Assembly: GCA_002314775.1 (NCBI GenBank)
Contig: DCHE01000013.1
Span: 5,500 to 69,499, forward strand
DNA length: 64,000 bases
Reading direction: 5' to 3'
From: Lachnospiraceae bacterium UBA1760
GTDB taxonomy: Bacteria; Bacillota; Clostridia; Lachnospirales; Lachnospiraceae
Shown piece after piece: positions 55,077-64,000 of this stretch; within the stretch, counting starts at the first letter, position 1; the number at the start of each line of letters is the position of its first letter. The notes below the pieces were generated by a model, which was not told the origin of the DNA, made no database searches, and worked only from the letters and a program-made list of their open reading frames with translations. The translations under genes and the position numbers were made by a program.

Positions 55077-56117
55077 ATGATAAAGGTTGGAATAATTGGT
55101 GCAACAGGATATGCTGGACAGGAGCTTGTTAGAATCCTTCTTGGACATAAAGAAGCAGAGATAGTTTGGCTCGGATCAAAGAGCTACACAGGACAGAAAT
55201 ACAGCCAGGTATATGGCAATATGTTTGAAATAGTTGATGAGGAATGTCTTGATGACAATATGGATGAGCTTGCAAAGAAGGCTGATGTAATATTTACAGC
55301 TACACCACAGGGACTTGCAGCTAGCCTTGTTAATGATGAGATATTAAAGAATACAAAGCTTATAGATTTATCTGCTGATTTTAGATTAAAGGATGTTAAG
55401 GTATATGAGGACTGGTACAAGCTTGAGCATAAGAGTCCTCAGTATTTAGATGAGGCAGTGTATGGACTTTGTGAGATTAATAGAGAAAAGGTAAAGGATG
55501 CAAGAATTATTGCTAATCCAGGCTGTTACACAACCTGTTCTATCCTTTCGCTTTATCCACTTGTTAAGGAACATATGATAGATCCAAACACAATCATTGT
55601 AGATGCAAAGTCAGGAACCTCAGGTGCAGGAAGATCTGCTAAGCTTGCTAATCTTTACTGTGAGGTAAATGAGAGCATTAAGGCATATGGTGTTACAACT
55701 CACAGACATACTCCAGAGATAGAGGAACAGCTTGGCTATGCAAATGGCGAGCCGATTATGATTAACTTCACACCACACCTTGTTCCTATGAACAGAGGAA
55801 TCTTAGTGACTGCATATGCAACCCTTAAGGATAATTACTCATACGAGGATATCAAGAAGGTTTATGACAAGTACTACAAGGATGAGAAGTTTGTGAGAGT
55901 CCTTGAGAAGGGTATTTGTCCAGAGACAAGATGGGTTGAAGGAAGCAACTACGTTGATGTAAACTTTGTGATAGACGAGAGAACAAAGAGAGTTGTAGTT
56001 ATGGGAGCTCTTGACAATGTTGTTAAGGGAGCTGCAGGACAGGCAGTTCAGAATATGAACATTGCATTTGGACTTCCTGAGGATGAGGGTCTTAAATTAG
56101 CCCCAATGTTCCCATAG
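55077..56117 (+). CDS. argC: N-acetyl-gamma-glutamyl-phosphate reductase
   Basis: MIKVGIIGATGYAGQELVRIL and ANPGCYTTC with the catalytic Cys. Start at 55077, 8 nt after aaggagg. Confidence 0.93.
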   Translation: MIKVGIIGATGYAGQELVRILLGHKEAEIVWLGSKSYTGQKYSQVYGNMFEIVDEECLDDNMDELAKKADVIFTATPQGLAASLVNDEILKNTKLIDLSADFRLKDVKVYEDWYKLEHKSPQYLDEAVYGLCEINREKVKDARIIANPGCYTTCSILSLYPLVKEHMIDPNTIIVDAKSGTSGAGRSAKLANLYCEVNESIKAYGVTTHRHTPEIEEQLGYANGEPIMINFTPHLVPMNRGILVTAYATLKDNYSYEDIKKVYDKYYKDEKFVRVLEKGICPETRWVEGSNYVDVNFVIDERTKRVVVMGALDNVVKGAAGQAVQNMNIAFGLPEDEGLKLAPMFP

Positions 56118-56235
56118 TCAGATCAACCTGGTTTTATGATTTGTCCTGGAAGAACCCATTAATTGGGAACTGGATGAGAGAAGTACTAAGAGGAGATTTC
56201 TTGGTGCCGACACATTTTATAAAGGAGATAAGCAT

Positions 56236-57459
56236 ATGAAGATAATAGAAGGTGGAGTAACAGCTCCAAAGGGATATGAGGCAGCCTCAACAGCTGCAGA
56301 GATAAAGTATAAGAATCGTACAGATATGGCAATCGTCTATTCTGAGACACCATGTATTGCAGCCGGAGTTTACACAACAAATGTTGTTAAGGCAGCTCCT
56401 GTTTTATGGGATAAGGCAATTACAGATTCTGACGCAGAGGTTCACGCAGTTATTGTCAATTCGGGTATTGCAAATGCCTGTACAGGAAAGCAGGGCATGG
56501 ATATCTGTGAGGCAACAGGTAATGCGGTTGGTGAGATTATTGGAAAGCCTGCTAGCTGTACACTGGTTGGTTCGACAGGTGTAATCGGAATGCAGATTAA
56601 TACAGATAAGATTGTTGCAGGAACTAAGAAGCTTATGGAGCTTAAGCGTGCTGGTATCGAGGCCGGTACGGAGGCTTCAAAGGCCATTATGACAACAGAT
56701 ACAGTGAATAAGGAAATCGCAGTTACTGTTGAAATCGGTGGTAAGACAGTTACCATCGGTGCAATGAGTAAGGGTTCAGGAATGATTCATCCTAATATGT
56801 GCACAATGCTTGCCTACGTAACCACTGATGCATGCATTGAGAAGACACTTCTTCAGGATGTTCTTTCAGACGTTGTACAGGATACATTTAACATGATTAC
56901 AGTAGACGGAGATACTTCTACTAACGACACTCTGCTTCTTCTTGCAAATGGTCTTGCTGGCAATGAAAAGATTACAGAAAAAGACGATGACTACAAGACC
57001 TTCAGGGATGCAGTTTACTTCATCTGTGAGACCCTGGCGAAGAAGATGGCTGGTGACGGAGAAGGTGCAACTGCACTTTTCGAGGCAAAGGTTGTAAATG
57101 CAAAGTCAAAAGAGGATGCAAAGCTTATGGCCCGTTCTGTAGTTGGTTCAAATCTTTCAAAGGCTGCAATTTACGGACATGATGCAAACTTTGGACGTTT
57201 TCTTTGTGCTATGGGATATTCAGGAGCAAAGTTTGATCAAAATGATGTTCAGCTTTATTTTGAGAGCAAGGCTGGAAGAATGATAGTGTTCGATAAGGGT
57301 ACACCAGTGCCATTTGATGAGGATGAGGCAACAAAGATATTATCTGAAGAGGCAGTGACAGTATATATCGATATGCATGAGGGCACCGAGTCCGCAACAG
57401 CATGGGGCTGTGACCTTACCTATGATTACATTAAGATTAATGCAGACTATCGTTCATAG
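56236..57459 (+). CDS. argJ: Bifunctional ornithine acetyltransferase / N-acetylglutamate synthase
   Basis: GGVTAPKGY, NSGIANACTG, AIMTTDT, and the self-cleavage region PNMCTMLAYVTTD. Confidence 0.93.
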   Translation: MKIIEGGVTAPKGYEAASTAAEIKYKNRTDMAIVYSETPCIAAGVYTTNVVKAAPVLWDKAITDSDAEVHAVIVNSGIANACTGKQGMDICEATGNAVGEIIGKPASCTLVGSTGVIGMQINTDKIVAGTKKLMELKRAGIEAGTEASKAIMTTDTVNKEIAVTVEIGGKTVTIGAMSKGSGMIHPNMCTMLAYVTTDACIEKTLLQDVLSDVVQDTFNMITVDGDTSTNDTLLLLANGLAGNEKITEKDDDYKTFRDAVYFICETLAKKMAGDGEGATALFEAKVVNAKSKEDAKLMARSVVGSNLSKAAIYGHDANFGRFLCAMGYSGAKFDQNDVQLYFESKAGRMIVFDKGTPVPFDEDEATKILSEEAVTVYIDMHEGTESATAWGCDLTYDYIKINADYRS

Positions 57460-57537
57460 GAAGCGTTTGCTAATCAAAAGAACAGGTGAAAAGAGCAGTT
57501 TAGCGAACATTTAATAATAGATTAAAGGAGAATGGAA

Positions 57538-58425
57538 ATGACAAACAATGATTCAATGGAATTAATCCTTGCAAAGGCTCAGACACTTATCGAGGCTTTG
57601 CCATATATTCAGAAGTTCAATGGTAAAAAGGTAGTAGTAAAATACGGCGGTTCAGCAATGCTTGATGAGAATCTTAAGTACAATGTTATTAGGGATGTTG
57701 CCCTCTTAAAGCTTGTTGGAATGAAGCCAATCATTGTTCACGGAGGTGGCAAGGAGATTAATAAGTGGCTTGGAAAGATTGGAAAGAAGTCTGAGTTTGT
57801 CAATGGCTTGCGTGTGACTGACGAGGAGACACTTGAGGTTGCTGAGATGGTTTTATCAAAGGTTAATAAGAGCCTTGTTGCCATGATGAAGAAGCTTGGT
57901 CTTAATGCAGTAGGTATTAGTGGTAAGGATTCCGGACTTATGCAGGTTAAAAAGAAGCTCTCAGGTGGCAAGGATATCGGTTATGTTGGTGAGGTTATCA
58001 GCTCAGACAGCAAGCTTCTCGATACTCTGATTGACAATGATTTTATTCCTGTTATCGCACCAATCGGAATTGGTGAGGATAGTCATGGATATAATATTAA
58101 CGCAGATGATGCTGCGTGTGCCATCGCGACAGCAATTCAGGCAGAAAAGCTTGTATTCTTAACAGATATTGAGGGTGTATTCACTGATCCTACTGATAAG
58201 AAAACACTTATCTCAGAGATGGATATTAATGAAGCTCAGGCATTTATCGATAATGGAGTAGTAGGTGGTGGAATGCTTCCTAAGCTTCAGAACTGTATTG
58301 AGGCTATGAAGAATGGTGTTTCAAGAGTTCATATTCTTGATGGAAGACTCGAGCATTGTCTTTTACTTGAGTTCTTTACTGAGAAGGGTATTGGAACAGC
58401 TATTCTCAAGGAGTCACTTTTCTAA
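57538..58425 (+). CDS. argB: Acetylglutamate kinase
   Basis: [31 protein letters not shown]. The ATG at 57538 is 7 nt after aaggag, whereas the ORF-track ATG at 57532 is only 1 nt after it. Confidence 0.92.
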   Translation: MTNNDSMELILAKAQTLIEALPYIQKFNGKKVVVKYGGSAMLDENLKYNVIRDVALLKLVGMKPIIVHGGGKEINKWLGKIGKKSEFVNGLRVTDEETLEVAEMVLSKVNKSLVAMMKKLGLNAVGISGKDSGLMQVKKKLSGGKDIGYVGEVISSDSKLLDTLIDNDFIPVIAPIGIGEDSHGYNINADDAACAIATAIQAEKLVFLTDIEGVFTDPTDKKTLISEMDINEAQAFIDNGVVGGGMLPKLQNCIEAMKNGVSRVHILDGRLEHCLLLEFFTEKGIGTAILKESLF

Positions 58426-58447
58426 AGCAACTATATAATAAGCAATA

Positions 58448-58484
58448 ATCCGGACTGATAAAAAATATCGGTCTGGATTTTTAT
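58448..58484 (+). terminator. Intrinsic terminator after argB
   Basis: atccggactgata/tatcggtctggat 13-bp stem (two G-U pairs), A-rich loop, then tttt. Confidence 0.75.
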
Positions 58485-58556
58485 TTGTAGTTGATAATTA
58501 TGCTCAAATTAGATACAATAAGATAAGATATGTGCGTATATTAAGAAGGGAATACT

Positions 58557-59222
58557 ATGCGCATATTTAAGATATTTACAATTATAGTAATAATGATAAT
58601 TACCTCTGGATGTAGTAAAAAAGAGGTTTACATTGATGAGTTCAATGCAGAAGCTTCATCGGAAAATGAAGAAAAAGAGGATGAAGAGGCAGCTTGGCAA
58701 AGTACCGAGGATACTTCAGAAGTAATAACAGAATCCGGTAATTATAGTATTAGTACTGAGGATAGTCCAGAAGCTGAAAAGATATGTGTTTATGTCTGCG
58801 GTGCAGTAAGGTGTGAGGGGGTTTATTACCTGCCCTGTGATGCAATAGTTATGGATGCATTGAATGCTGCGGGAGGATATTCGGAGAAGGCACTAAGAGG
58901 TTATGTTAACCTCGCAAGTCATATGAGTGATTCGGAGAAGATATATTTTCCTTGTGTGGATGAGGCCTCGAATTATTCCTTGCTGGAATCGGAAGATACA
59001 AAAGGAAAAGAAGGAGTATCTTCTGATAATTCACTTGTAAACATTAATTCTGCAACTGTGGAGGAGCTTATGAAGCTTCCTGGAATAGGTGAAGTGAGGG
59101 CAAAAAAAATTATTAGCTACAGGGAAGCTAACGGCAGCTTCAAGAGTGTAACAGAAATAAAGAAAATTGATGGAATAAAGGATAAATTATACGATGACAT
59201 AAAAGGCTTAATCACTATCTGA
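58557..59222 (+). CDS. comEA: ComEA-family DNA-binding lipoprotein (SLBB-like domain + helix-hairpin-helix)
   Basis: Lipobox ITSGC. VYVCGAVRCEGVYYL and INSATVEELMKLPGIGEVRAKKIISYREANGSF. Confidence 0.85.
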   Translation: MRIFKIFTIIVIMIITSGCSKKEVYIDEFNAEASSENEEKEDEEAAWQSTEDTSEVITESGNYSISTEDSPEAEKICVYVCGAVRCEGVYYLPCDAIVMDALNAAGGYSEKALRGYVNLASHMSDSEKIYFPCVDEASNYSLLESEDTKGKEGVSSDNSLVNINSATVEELMKLPGIGEVRAKKIISYREANGSFKSVTEIKKIDGIKDKLYDDIKGLITI

Positions 59223-59289
59223 TTGGGCATTTGTTATAAGTAAAGTGTCATTAGGTTCATATATTCATATAGAAGATAGAGGTGGAAAG

Positions 59290-59964
59290 ATGAGAAAGGT
59301 TCTCGTTGTAGATGATGAAAAATTAATAGTAAAGGGACTTAAATTCAGCCTTGAACAAGATGATATGCTCGTTGATACTGCTTTTGATGGACAGGAGGCT
59401 GTTGAGAAGGCTAAGTCAGGGAATTATGATATAGTTCTTCTTGATATTATGCTTCCAATTTATACAGGCCTTGAGGTTTGCCAGATGATACGAGAGTTCT
59501 CTGATGTTCCGATTATCATGCTTACAGCAAAGGATGATGATATGGATAAGATATTGGGCCTTGAGTATGGTGCAGATGATTATATCACGAAGCCATTTAA
59601 TATCCTTGAGGTTAAGGCAAGAATCAAAGCAATTCTGAGAAGAAATGCAAAGAATGATAATTCAAACTCCAATGTGATAGAAGTTAAGGGCATGAGAATT
59701 GAGTGCGACAGCAGAAGAGTATTTATTGACAATAAGGAGGTCAATCTTACTCAGAAGGAGTTTGATCTTGTTTTACTTTTGGTGTCTAATCCTAACAAGG
59801 TATACTCAAGAGATGAGCTTCTTAAGACAATTTGGGGACCAGGTTATCCTGGAGATGTAAGAACAGTTGATGTTCACGTTAGAAGACTTAGAGAAAAGAT
59901 TGAGGAGTGTCCAGCGGACCCTAAGTATATTCATACCAGATGGGGAAAGGGATACTATTTCTAA
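59290..59964 (+). CDS. OmpR/PhoB-family response regulator (no cognate kinase gene adjacent)
   Basis: VLVVDDE, the DIVLLDIMLP phospho-acceptor Asp, ITKPF, and a winged-helix C-terminus (LTQKEFDLVLLL...VDVHVRRLREKI...RWGKGYYF). Start at ATG 59290. Confidence 0.9.
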   Translation: MRKVLVVDDEKLIVKGLKFSLEQDDMLVDTAFDGQEAVEKAKSGNYDIVLLDIMLPIYTGLEVCQMIREFSDVPIIMLTAKDDDMDKILGLEYGADDYITKPFNILEVKARIKAILRRNAKNDNSNSNVIEVKGMRIECDSRRVFIDNKEVNLTQKEFDLVLLLVSNPNKVYSRDELLKTIWGPGYPGDVRTVDVHVRRLREKIEECPADPKYIHTRWGKGYYF

Positions 59965-59994
59965 AACGTAGATAAAAGGATACTGTGTGGGTTT

Positions 59995-61698
59995 ATGGGT
60001 AGAATTTCAAATAAAAAAAGAATAAAGTATTCTGTCGATGAGTTATATAGCAAGATAACCGAAGCTCAGAAACAGGAAAAGGTGAATATCCCAGAATGCT
60101 TTTATGCGGACTTTAACACAACAATGATTAAGGTCAAGGATTCTATATGCTATTATATCACACCAAGAAAGGATTTTAGTGGGGATTTCATCTTTTATTT
60201 GTATGGAGGAAATCTGTGCTTCAATATAACAAAGGCTGAACTTGCTTTTCTCAGTGAGATGGCAAAGACCTGCAATATGGGAATTATGCTTCCTATGTAT
60301 CCACTTACTCCAGAGTATTGCTGCAAGGATGTATTTAATATGCTTTTACCGGCATACAAGGAGCTTTCAAGCACAAAGGATGTCAATGACATATACCTTA
60401 TGGGACGTGAAAGCGGTGGAGGACTTGCGATTTCACTTAGCATAGATATATGGAAAAACGGTAGTAAAAAGCCTAAAAAGCTTATTCTTATTGAGCCGAT
60501 GCTTGATACAGAGTTTTTCGATGAAAAGCTTGCGGCCTCCCTTACCAAAATTAATGATGATGAAGTATTTTTTAGTGAGAGCGTTAAAGAGTTCATCAAT
60601 AAATACTGGGTTAAGGATATGGCTGCACGCACCGAATTCACCAGTCCGATATATGAGGACATTACGGATGTGTGCGAGGATATTCTACTTATCTCGGGAG
60701 ATGAGAGCATTTTCAACCATTATGCAAGAGAATTCTATGACAAGAGTATAAATTCAGGTATTGATATAAAGTTCTTCGAATACAGAGAAAAGAAAACAGG
60801 ATTTATCTTAGATGAGAAGGACGCAGATTCGATTCATGCGAGAAAGGTTCTTATAGATACCTTGAATGGCAATGGAAAGGCTGTATTAGATAAATACATG
60901 TATGAGGTCAAGCAGAGAAGTGAGAGTGCCAAGATGTATCCTGAGATATTTAAGGACGATATTGCACATACATACCTTTGCAATCACAAGATTAATACAG
61001 ATACCTATAAAGGACTCACTCCATTTAGAAAGCTGATTCTGGCAGCAACCCTGCACAGCTTTGATAATGTTGTATCACAGTTTCTTTTGAGATTTCCAAA
61101 CGGTACAGTAGTATATATTGGCTGTAGCCTTGATACAATGTTTGAGAGAAATGACAACGGCAGAGTTCGCTGGTTCAACTGTGATCAGCCTGGAAAGATA
61201 GCTGTCAGAAGTATCTATGTAACAGATAGGGAAAGACAGAAGACCGTTGCTAAGGCCTTTACTGATATGAATTGGGCTGAGGATATTAAGTGCAAGACCA
61301 AGCAGGGAATCCTGTTTGTTATAAGAGATAATTTTGGATATCTTAAGCCGGAAAAGGCTAAGGAGTGTATAGAGTATCTATATACAAAGTTCCCAGGCTG
61401 TGAGGTGGTGTTTGACATCACTAAGCGTAAAGCACTTAATAGGGAAAACAGATACAACAAGAGAAACGAAACAGAGTATCATAAAAAGAAATTCTATATG
61501 AACGATACCGAAAGAAGCATTCTGGTTTGGAATACGGCATATAAGCTTATTGGGAATTATTCTATCTTTAGCGATATTGACGCAGATCCTTCCTGGAAGA
61601 AGGCATTAAGTATCAGGTTCAAACAGTTGAAGAAGAGCAAGGAATATAAGCTTGTTCATCTGAGGCTTGGCAATGAAAAATACAAGGTCAATATTTAA
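59995..61698 (+). CDS. Fusion protein: N-terminal alpha/beta-hydrolase (HSL/esterase-like) + C-terminal LCMT/TcmP-like SAM methyltransferase
   Basis: N-terminal half: FYLYGGN (HGGG-box position) and LMGRESGGGLAISL (nucleophile-elbow position). C-terminal half: VVYIGCSLDTMFER...VRWFNCDQPGKIAVR, matching the [VI]x[LI]G[AC]G[LF]DTRxxR...[FY][EN]xDxPxV pattern of leucine-carboxyl/TcmP-type methyltransferases. Domain calls are by motif only. Confidence 0.55.
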   Translation: MGRISNKKRIKYSVDELYSKITEAQKQEKVNIPECFYADFNTTMIKVKDSICYYITPRKDFSGDFIFYLYGGNLCFNITKAELAFLSEMAKTCNMGIMLPMYPLTPEYCCKDVFNMLLPAYKELSSTKDVNDIYLMGRESGGGLAISLSIDIWKNGSKKPKKLILIEPMLDTEFFDEKLAASLTKINDDEVFFSESVKEFINKYWVKDMAARTEFTSPIYEDITDVCEDILLISGDESIFNHYAREFYDKSINSGIDIKFFEYREKKTGFILDEKDADSIHARKVLIDTLNGNGKAVLDKYMYEVKQRSESAKMYPEIFKDDIAHTYLCNHKINTDTYKGLTPFRKLILAATLHSFDNVVSQFLLRFPNGTVVYIGCSLDTMFERNDNGRVRWFNCDQPGKIAVRSIYVTDRERQKTVAKAFTDMNWAEDIKCKTKQGILFVIRDNFGYLKPEKAKECIEYLYTKFPGCEVVFDITKRKALNRENRYNKRNETEYHKKKFYMNDTERSILVWNTAYKLIGNYSIFSDIDADPSWKKALSIRFKQLKKSKEYKLVHLRLGNEKYKVNI

Positions 61699-61701
61699 AA
61701 C

Positions 61702-61735
61702 AAGGCACATTGTGATTTATGCAATGTGCCTTTAA
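61702..61735 (+). terminator. Probable terminator hairpin
   Basis: aaggcacattg/caatgtgcctt 11-bp stem, but only a short T tract follows. Confidence 0.5.
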
Positions 61736-61819
61736 AAATGCTAAAGTGTTACAATTAATGTATTTTTGTGAAAAATGCCGATAGTTTATCATTTTAACGC
61801 GGTAAATCAGTAAAATTGC

Positions 61820-61848
61820 TTGAATGAGAAATACTTTAATGATATAAT
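61820..61848 (+). promoter_or_regulatory. Candidate sigma-A promoter of iorAB
   Basis: TTGAAT, 17-nt spacer, TATAAT, with a TGn extended -10. Confidence 0.55.
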
Positions 61849-61914
61849 TTTTTGGATAGACTTGAGATGAAAAAGGTCATAAGAAGGGAATAATTAATAA
61901 AGGAGAAACAGATT

Positions 61915-63657
61915 TTGAATAAGAAAATTATGCTTGGAAATGAAGCAATTGCCAGAGGCGCATGGGAAGCAGGCGTTAAGGTTTCTGCGGCATATCCAGG
62001 AACACCAAGTACAGAAGTTAGTGAGAATATCGCAAAGTATGCCGAGATTTATGCTGAGTGGTCACCAAACGAGAAGGTAGCTATGGAGGTGGCAACTGGT
62101 GCATCTATGTCAGGTGTCAGAGCTATGGCAGGAATGAAACATGTTGGAGTCAATGTGGCATCTGACCCACTTTACACAGCATCCTACATTGGAGCAAACG
62201 GCGGACTTATCTTAGTTGCAGCTGACGACCCGGGACTTTACAGCTCACAGAATGAGCAGGATACAAGAAGAGTTGCAAGAGCAGCCGGAGTGCCTGTAAT
62301 TGAGCCATCTGATTCAGATGAGGCAAGAAGATTTACTAAGCTTGCATTTGAGATATCTGAGAAGTATGACACACCAGTAATACTCAGAACCACTACAAGA
62401 CTTGCGCACTCACAGGGTGTAGTAACTCTTGAGGACAGAGTTGAGGTTGAGAATAAGACCTACGAGAGAAATCCAGGAAAGAACGTTATGATGCCTGGCA
62501 ATGCAAAGAAGAGACATCTTCACGTTGAGCAGCGTACAAAGGATTTATCAAATGACATGTCAGACTTCCCAGCTCTTAATACAGTAGAGCTTAATGATAC
62601 AAAGATTGGATTTATATCAAGTGGTATTCCATATATGTATGTTAAGGAGGCACTTCCAGAGGCATCAGTACTTAAGCTTGGAATGGTTAATCCACTTCCA
62701 GAGAAGCTTATTCGCGAATTTGCCAAGAAGGTTGACAGACTCATTATATTTGAGGAACTTGAGCCAGTAATTGAGGAGCAGGTTAAGGCCTGGGGAATTG
62801 CCTGCGAGGGTAAGGAATTATTTACAATCCAGGGTGAATACAGTGCAAATATGCTTAGAAAGGCAGTTCTTGGAGAGGAGCTTGATATTGCTGAACCTGC
62901 AGAGGTTCCTATGAGACCTCCAATTCTTTGTCCAGGATGTCCTCACAGAAGTGTATATTCAGTTATGAAGAAGCTTAAGCTTCATGCATCTGGAGATATC
63001 GGATGCTACACACTTGGTGCGGTTGCTCCACTCAATGTTGTTGATACAGCACTTTGTATGGGTGCAAGTATTTCAATGCTTCATGGTATGGAGAAGGCTA
63101 AGGGCAGAGAGTTTATCAATGACTGGGTAGCAGTTATCGGAGATTCAACCTTCCTTCACACAGGTGTTAACTCACTTATGAATATGGTTTACAACAAGGC
63201 AACAGGCACAGTTGTAATTCTTGATAATTCAACAACAGGTATGACAGGACATCAGGATCACCCAGCAACAGGTAAGACTCTTAAGGGTGAGACTACAAAT
63301 ATCATCAATATATATCACCTTTGTAAGGCAATGGGTATTGAGTATGTATATGAGATCGATGCATTTGACCTTGATACACTTGAGAAGACCTTAAAGGAGG
63401 AGATTGCTAGAGAGGCACTTTCAGTTATTATTACAAAGTCACCTTGCGCACTCCTTAAGTCATATGTTCCAAGAGGAAAATGTGCAGTTGACCCAGAGAA
63501 GTGTAAGAAGTGTGGTAAGTGTTTAGTTCCAGGCTGCCCAGCTCTTAAGAAGGGTGAGGATGGAAAGGCAATAATTGATGATACACTTTGCAATGGCTGT
63601 GGACTCTGTGAGAAGCTTTGTCCATTTGATGCAATCAGCCTCGTAGAGAAGAATTAA
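61915..63657 (+). CDS. iorA: Indolepyruvate:ferredoxin oxidoreductase alpha subunit
   Basis: GNEAIARGAWEAGV, a TPP-binding region (GDSTFLHTG), and two C-terminal 4Fe-4S motifs (CKKCGKCLVPGCP, CNGCGLCEKLCP). TTG start 9 nt after aggag. Confidence 0.88.
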   Translation: MNKKIMLGNEAIARGAWEAGVKVSAAYPGTPSTEVSENIAKYAEIYAEWSPNEKVAMEVATGASMSGVRAMAGMKHVGVNVASDPLYTASYIGANGGLILVAADDPGLYSSQNEQDTRRVARAAGVPVIEPSDSDEARRFTKLAFEISEKYDTPVILRTTTRLAHSQGVVTLEDRVEVENKTYERNPGKNVMMPGNAKKRHLHVEQRTKDLSNDMSDFPALNTVELNDTKIGFISSGIPYMYVKEALPEASVLKLGMVNPLPEKLIREFAKKVDRLIIFEELEPVIEEQVKAWGIACEGKELFTIQGEYSANMLRKAVLGEELDIAEPAEVPMRPPILCPGCPHRSVYSVMKKLKLHASGDIGCYTLGAVAPLNVVDTALCMGASISMLHGMEKAKGREFINDWVAVIGDSTFLHTGVNSLMNMVYNKATGTVVILDNSTTGMTGHQDHPATGKTLKGETTNIINIYHLCKAMGIEYVYEIDAFDLDTLEKTLKEEIAREALSVIITKSPCALLKSYVPRGKCAVDPEKCKKCGKCLVPGCPALKKGEDGKAIIDDTLCNGCGLCEKLCPFDAISLVEKN

Positions 63658-63677
63658 TCAGGAGGAGAGATAGAGAT

Positions 63678-64000
63678 ATGGCTACAAAGAATATTATGAT
63701 AGTTGGAGTAGGCGGACAGGGAACTCTTCTTACAAGTAGAATTCTTGGCGGACTTGCAGTTCAGGCTGGCTACGATGTAAAGCTTTCTGAGGTACATGGT
63801 ATGGCTCAGAGAGGTGGTTCAGTAGTAACCTATGTTAGATATGGAGAAAAGGTTGCAGAGCCTATTATTGAGGAAGGCTGTGCAGATGTACTCATTGCTT
63901 TTGAGAGACTCGAGGCAAAGAGATATGCTCATTTCCTTAAGAAGGATGGTGTAATAATTGTAAATGATCAGAGAATTGATCCAATGCCAGTTGTTACAGG
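63678..64000 (+). CDS. iorB: Indolepyruvate:ferredoxin oxidoreductase beta subunit, 3' end beyond the window
   Basis: Not in the ORF track because no stop lies within the window. My translation reads MATKNIMIVGVGGQGTLLTSRILGGLAVQAGYDVKLSEVHGMAQRGGSVVTYVRYGEKV..., typical of IorB. RBS ggaggag. Confidence 0.85.
   Translation, partial: MATKNIMIVGVGGQGTLLTSRILGGLAVQAGYDVKLSEVHGMAQRGGSVVTYVRYGEKVAEPIIEEGCADVLIAFERLEAKRYAHFLKKDGVIIVNDQRIDPMPVVT

Noticed and set aside
61866-61892. 8-codon mini-ORF (MKKVIRRE) in the iorA leader as a possible leader peptide
   Set aside because: It has no RBS, no regulatory codon bias and no associated attenuator hairpin. It is most likely a chance ORF in an AT-rich leader.

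Overview
64-kb chromosomal window, probably from a low-GC Firmicute (Clostridia/Lachnospiraceae-like). That placement is inference from T-box leaders, the GatCAB route, lipoprotein boxes, and AT-rich spacers with near-consensus sigma-A promoters. I saw no rRNA or tRNA genes, CRISPR arrays, transposases, integrases or recognisable defence genes.

Left to right:
- dapL, 5' truncated.
- A ~16-kb tightly packed, same-strand ABC-transporter-dependent rhamnose-type cell-wall glycan operon: rfbC, an N-terminally extended Wzm-like permease, an SDR, a Wzt-like ATPase with an extra C-terminal domain, a SAM methyltransferase, a kinase-like/coiled-coil protein, an RgpF-like transferase, a secreted transglutaminase-like protein, and three tandem paralogous two-domain GT2 genes.
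- A T-box-controlled aspS-gatCAB operon, then rfbB, a small GT2 and an LCP ligase.
- gltBD, a PPi-type phosphofructokinase, a candidate structured sRNA, a yihY-like gene and gltX.
- An orphan membrane-anchored hyper-acidic repeat protein.
- T-box-pheST, queA, a GDPD membrane protein, an M18 aminopeptidase and DUF368.
- Two DegV genes flanking an amidase_3-like lipoprotein that lacks the zinc-ligand histidines, then a SleB-like hydrolase.
- A ~450-bp imperfect palindrome filling a convergent intergenic gap.
- Divergent argG / argCJB, then comEA.
- An orphan OmpR-type regulator followed by an alpha/beta-hydrolase-like + LCMT-like methyltransferase fusion.
- iorAB, 3' truncated.

The observations I rate highest:
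1. A split WbdD-like methyltransferase + kinase-like/coiled-coil module next to the Wzt-like exporter.
2. The ~450-bp palindrome at 53149-53602.
3. The aspS-gatCAB T-box, whose specifier position reads AAC within GAAC.
4. The acidic DSAF/GEDxAF repeat protein.

All homology calls are motif recognition by eye. Nothing was searched or computed.
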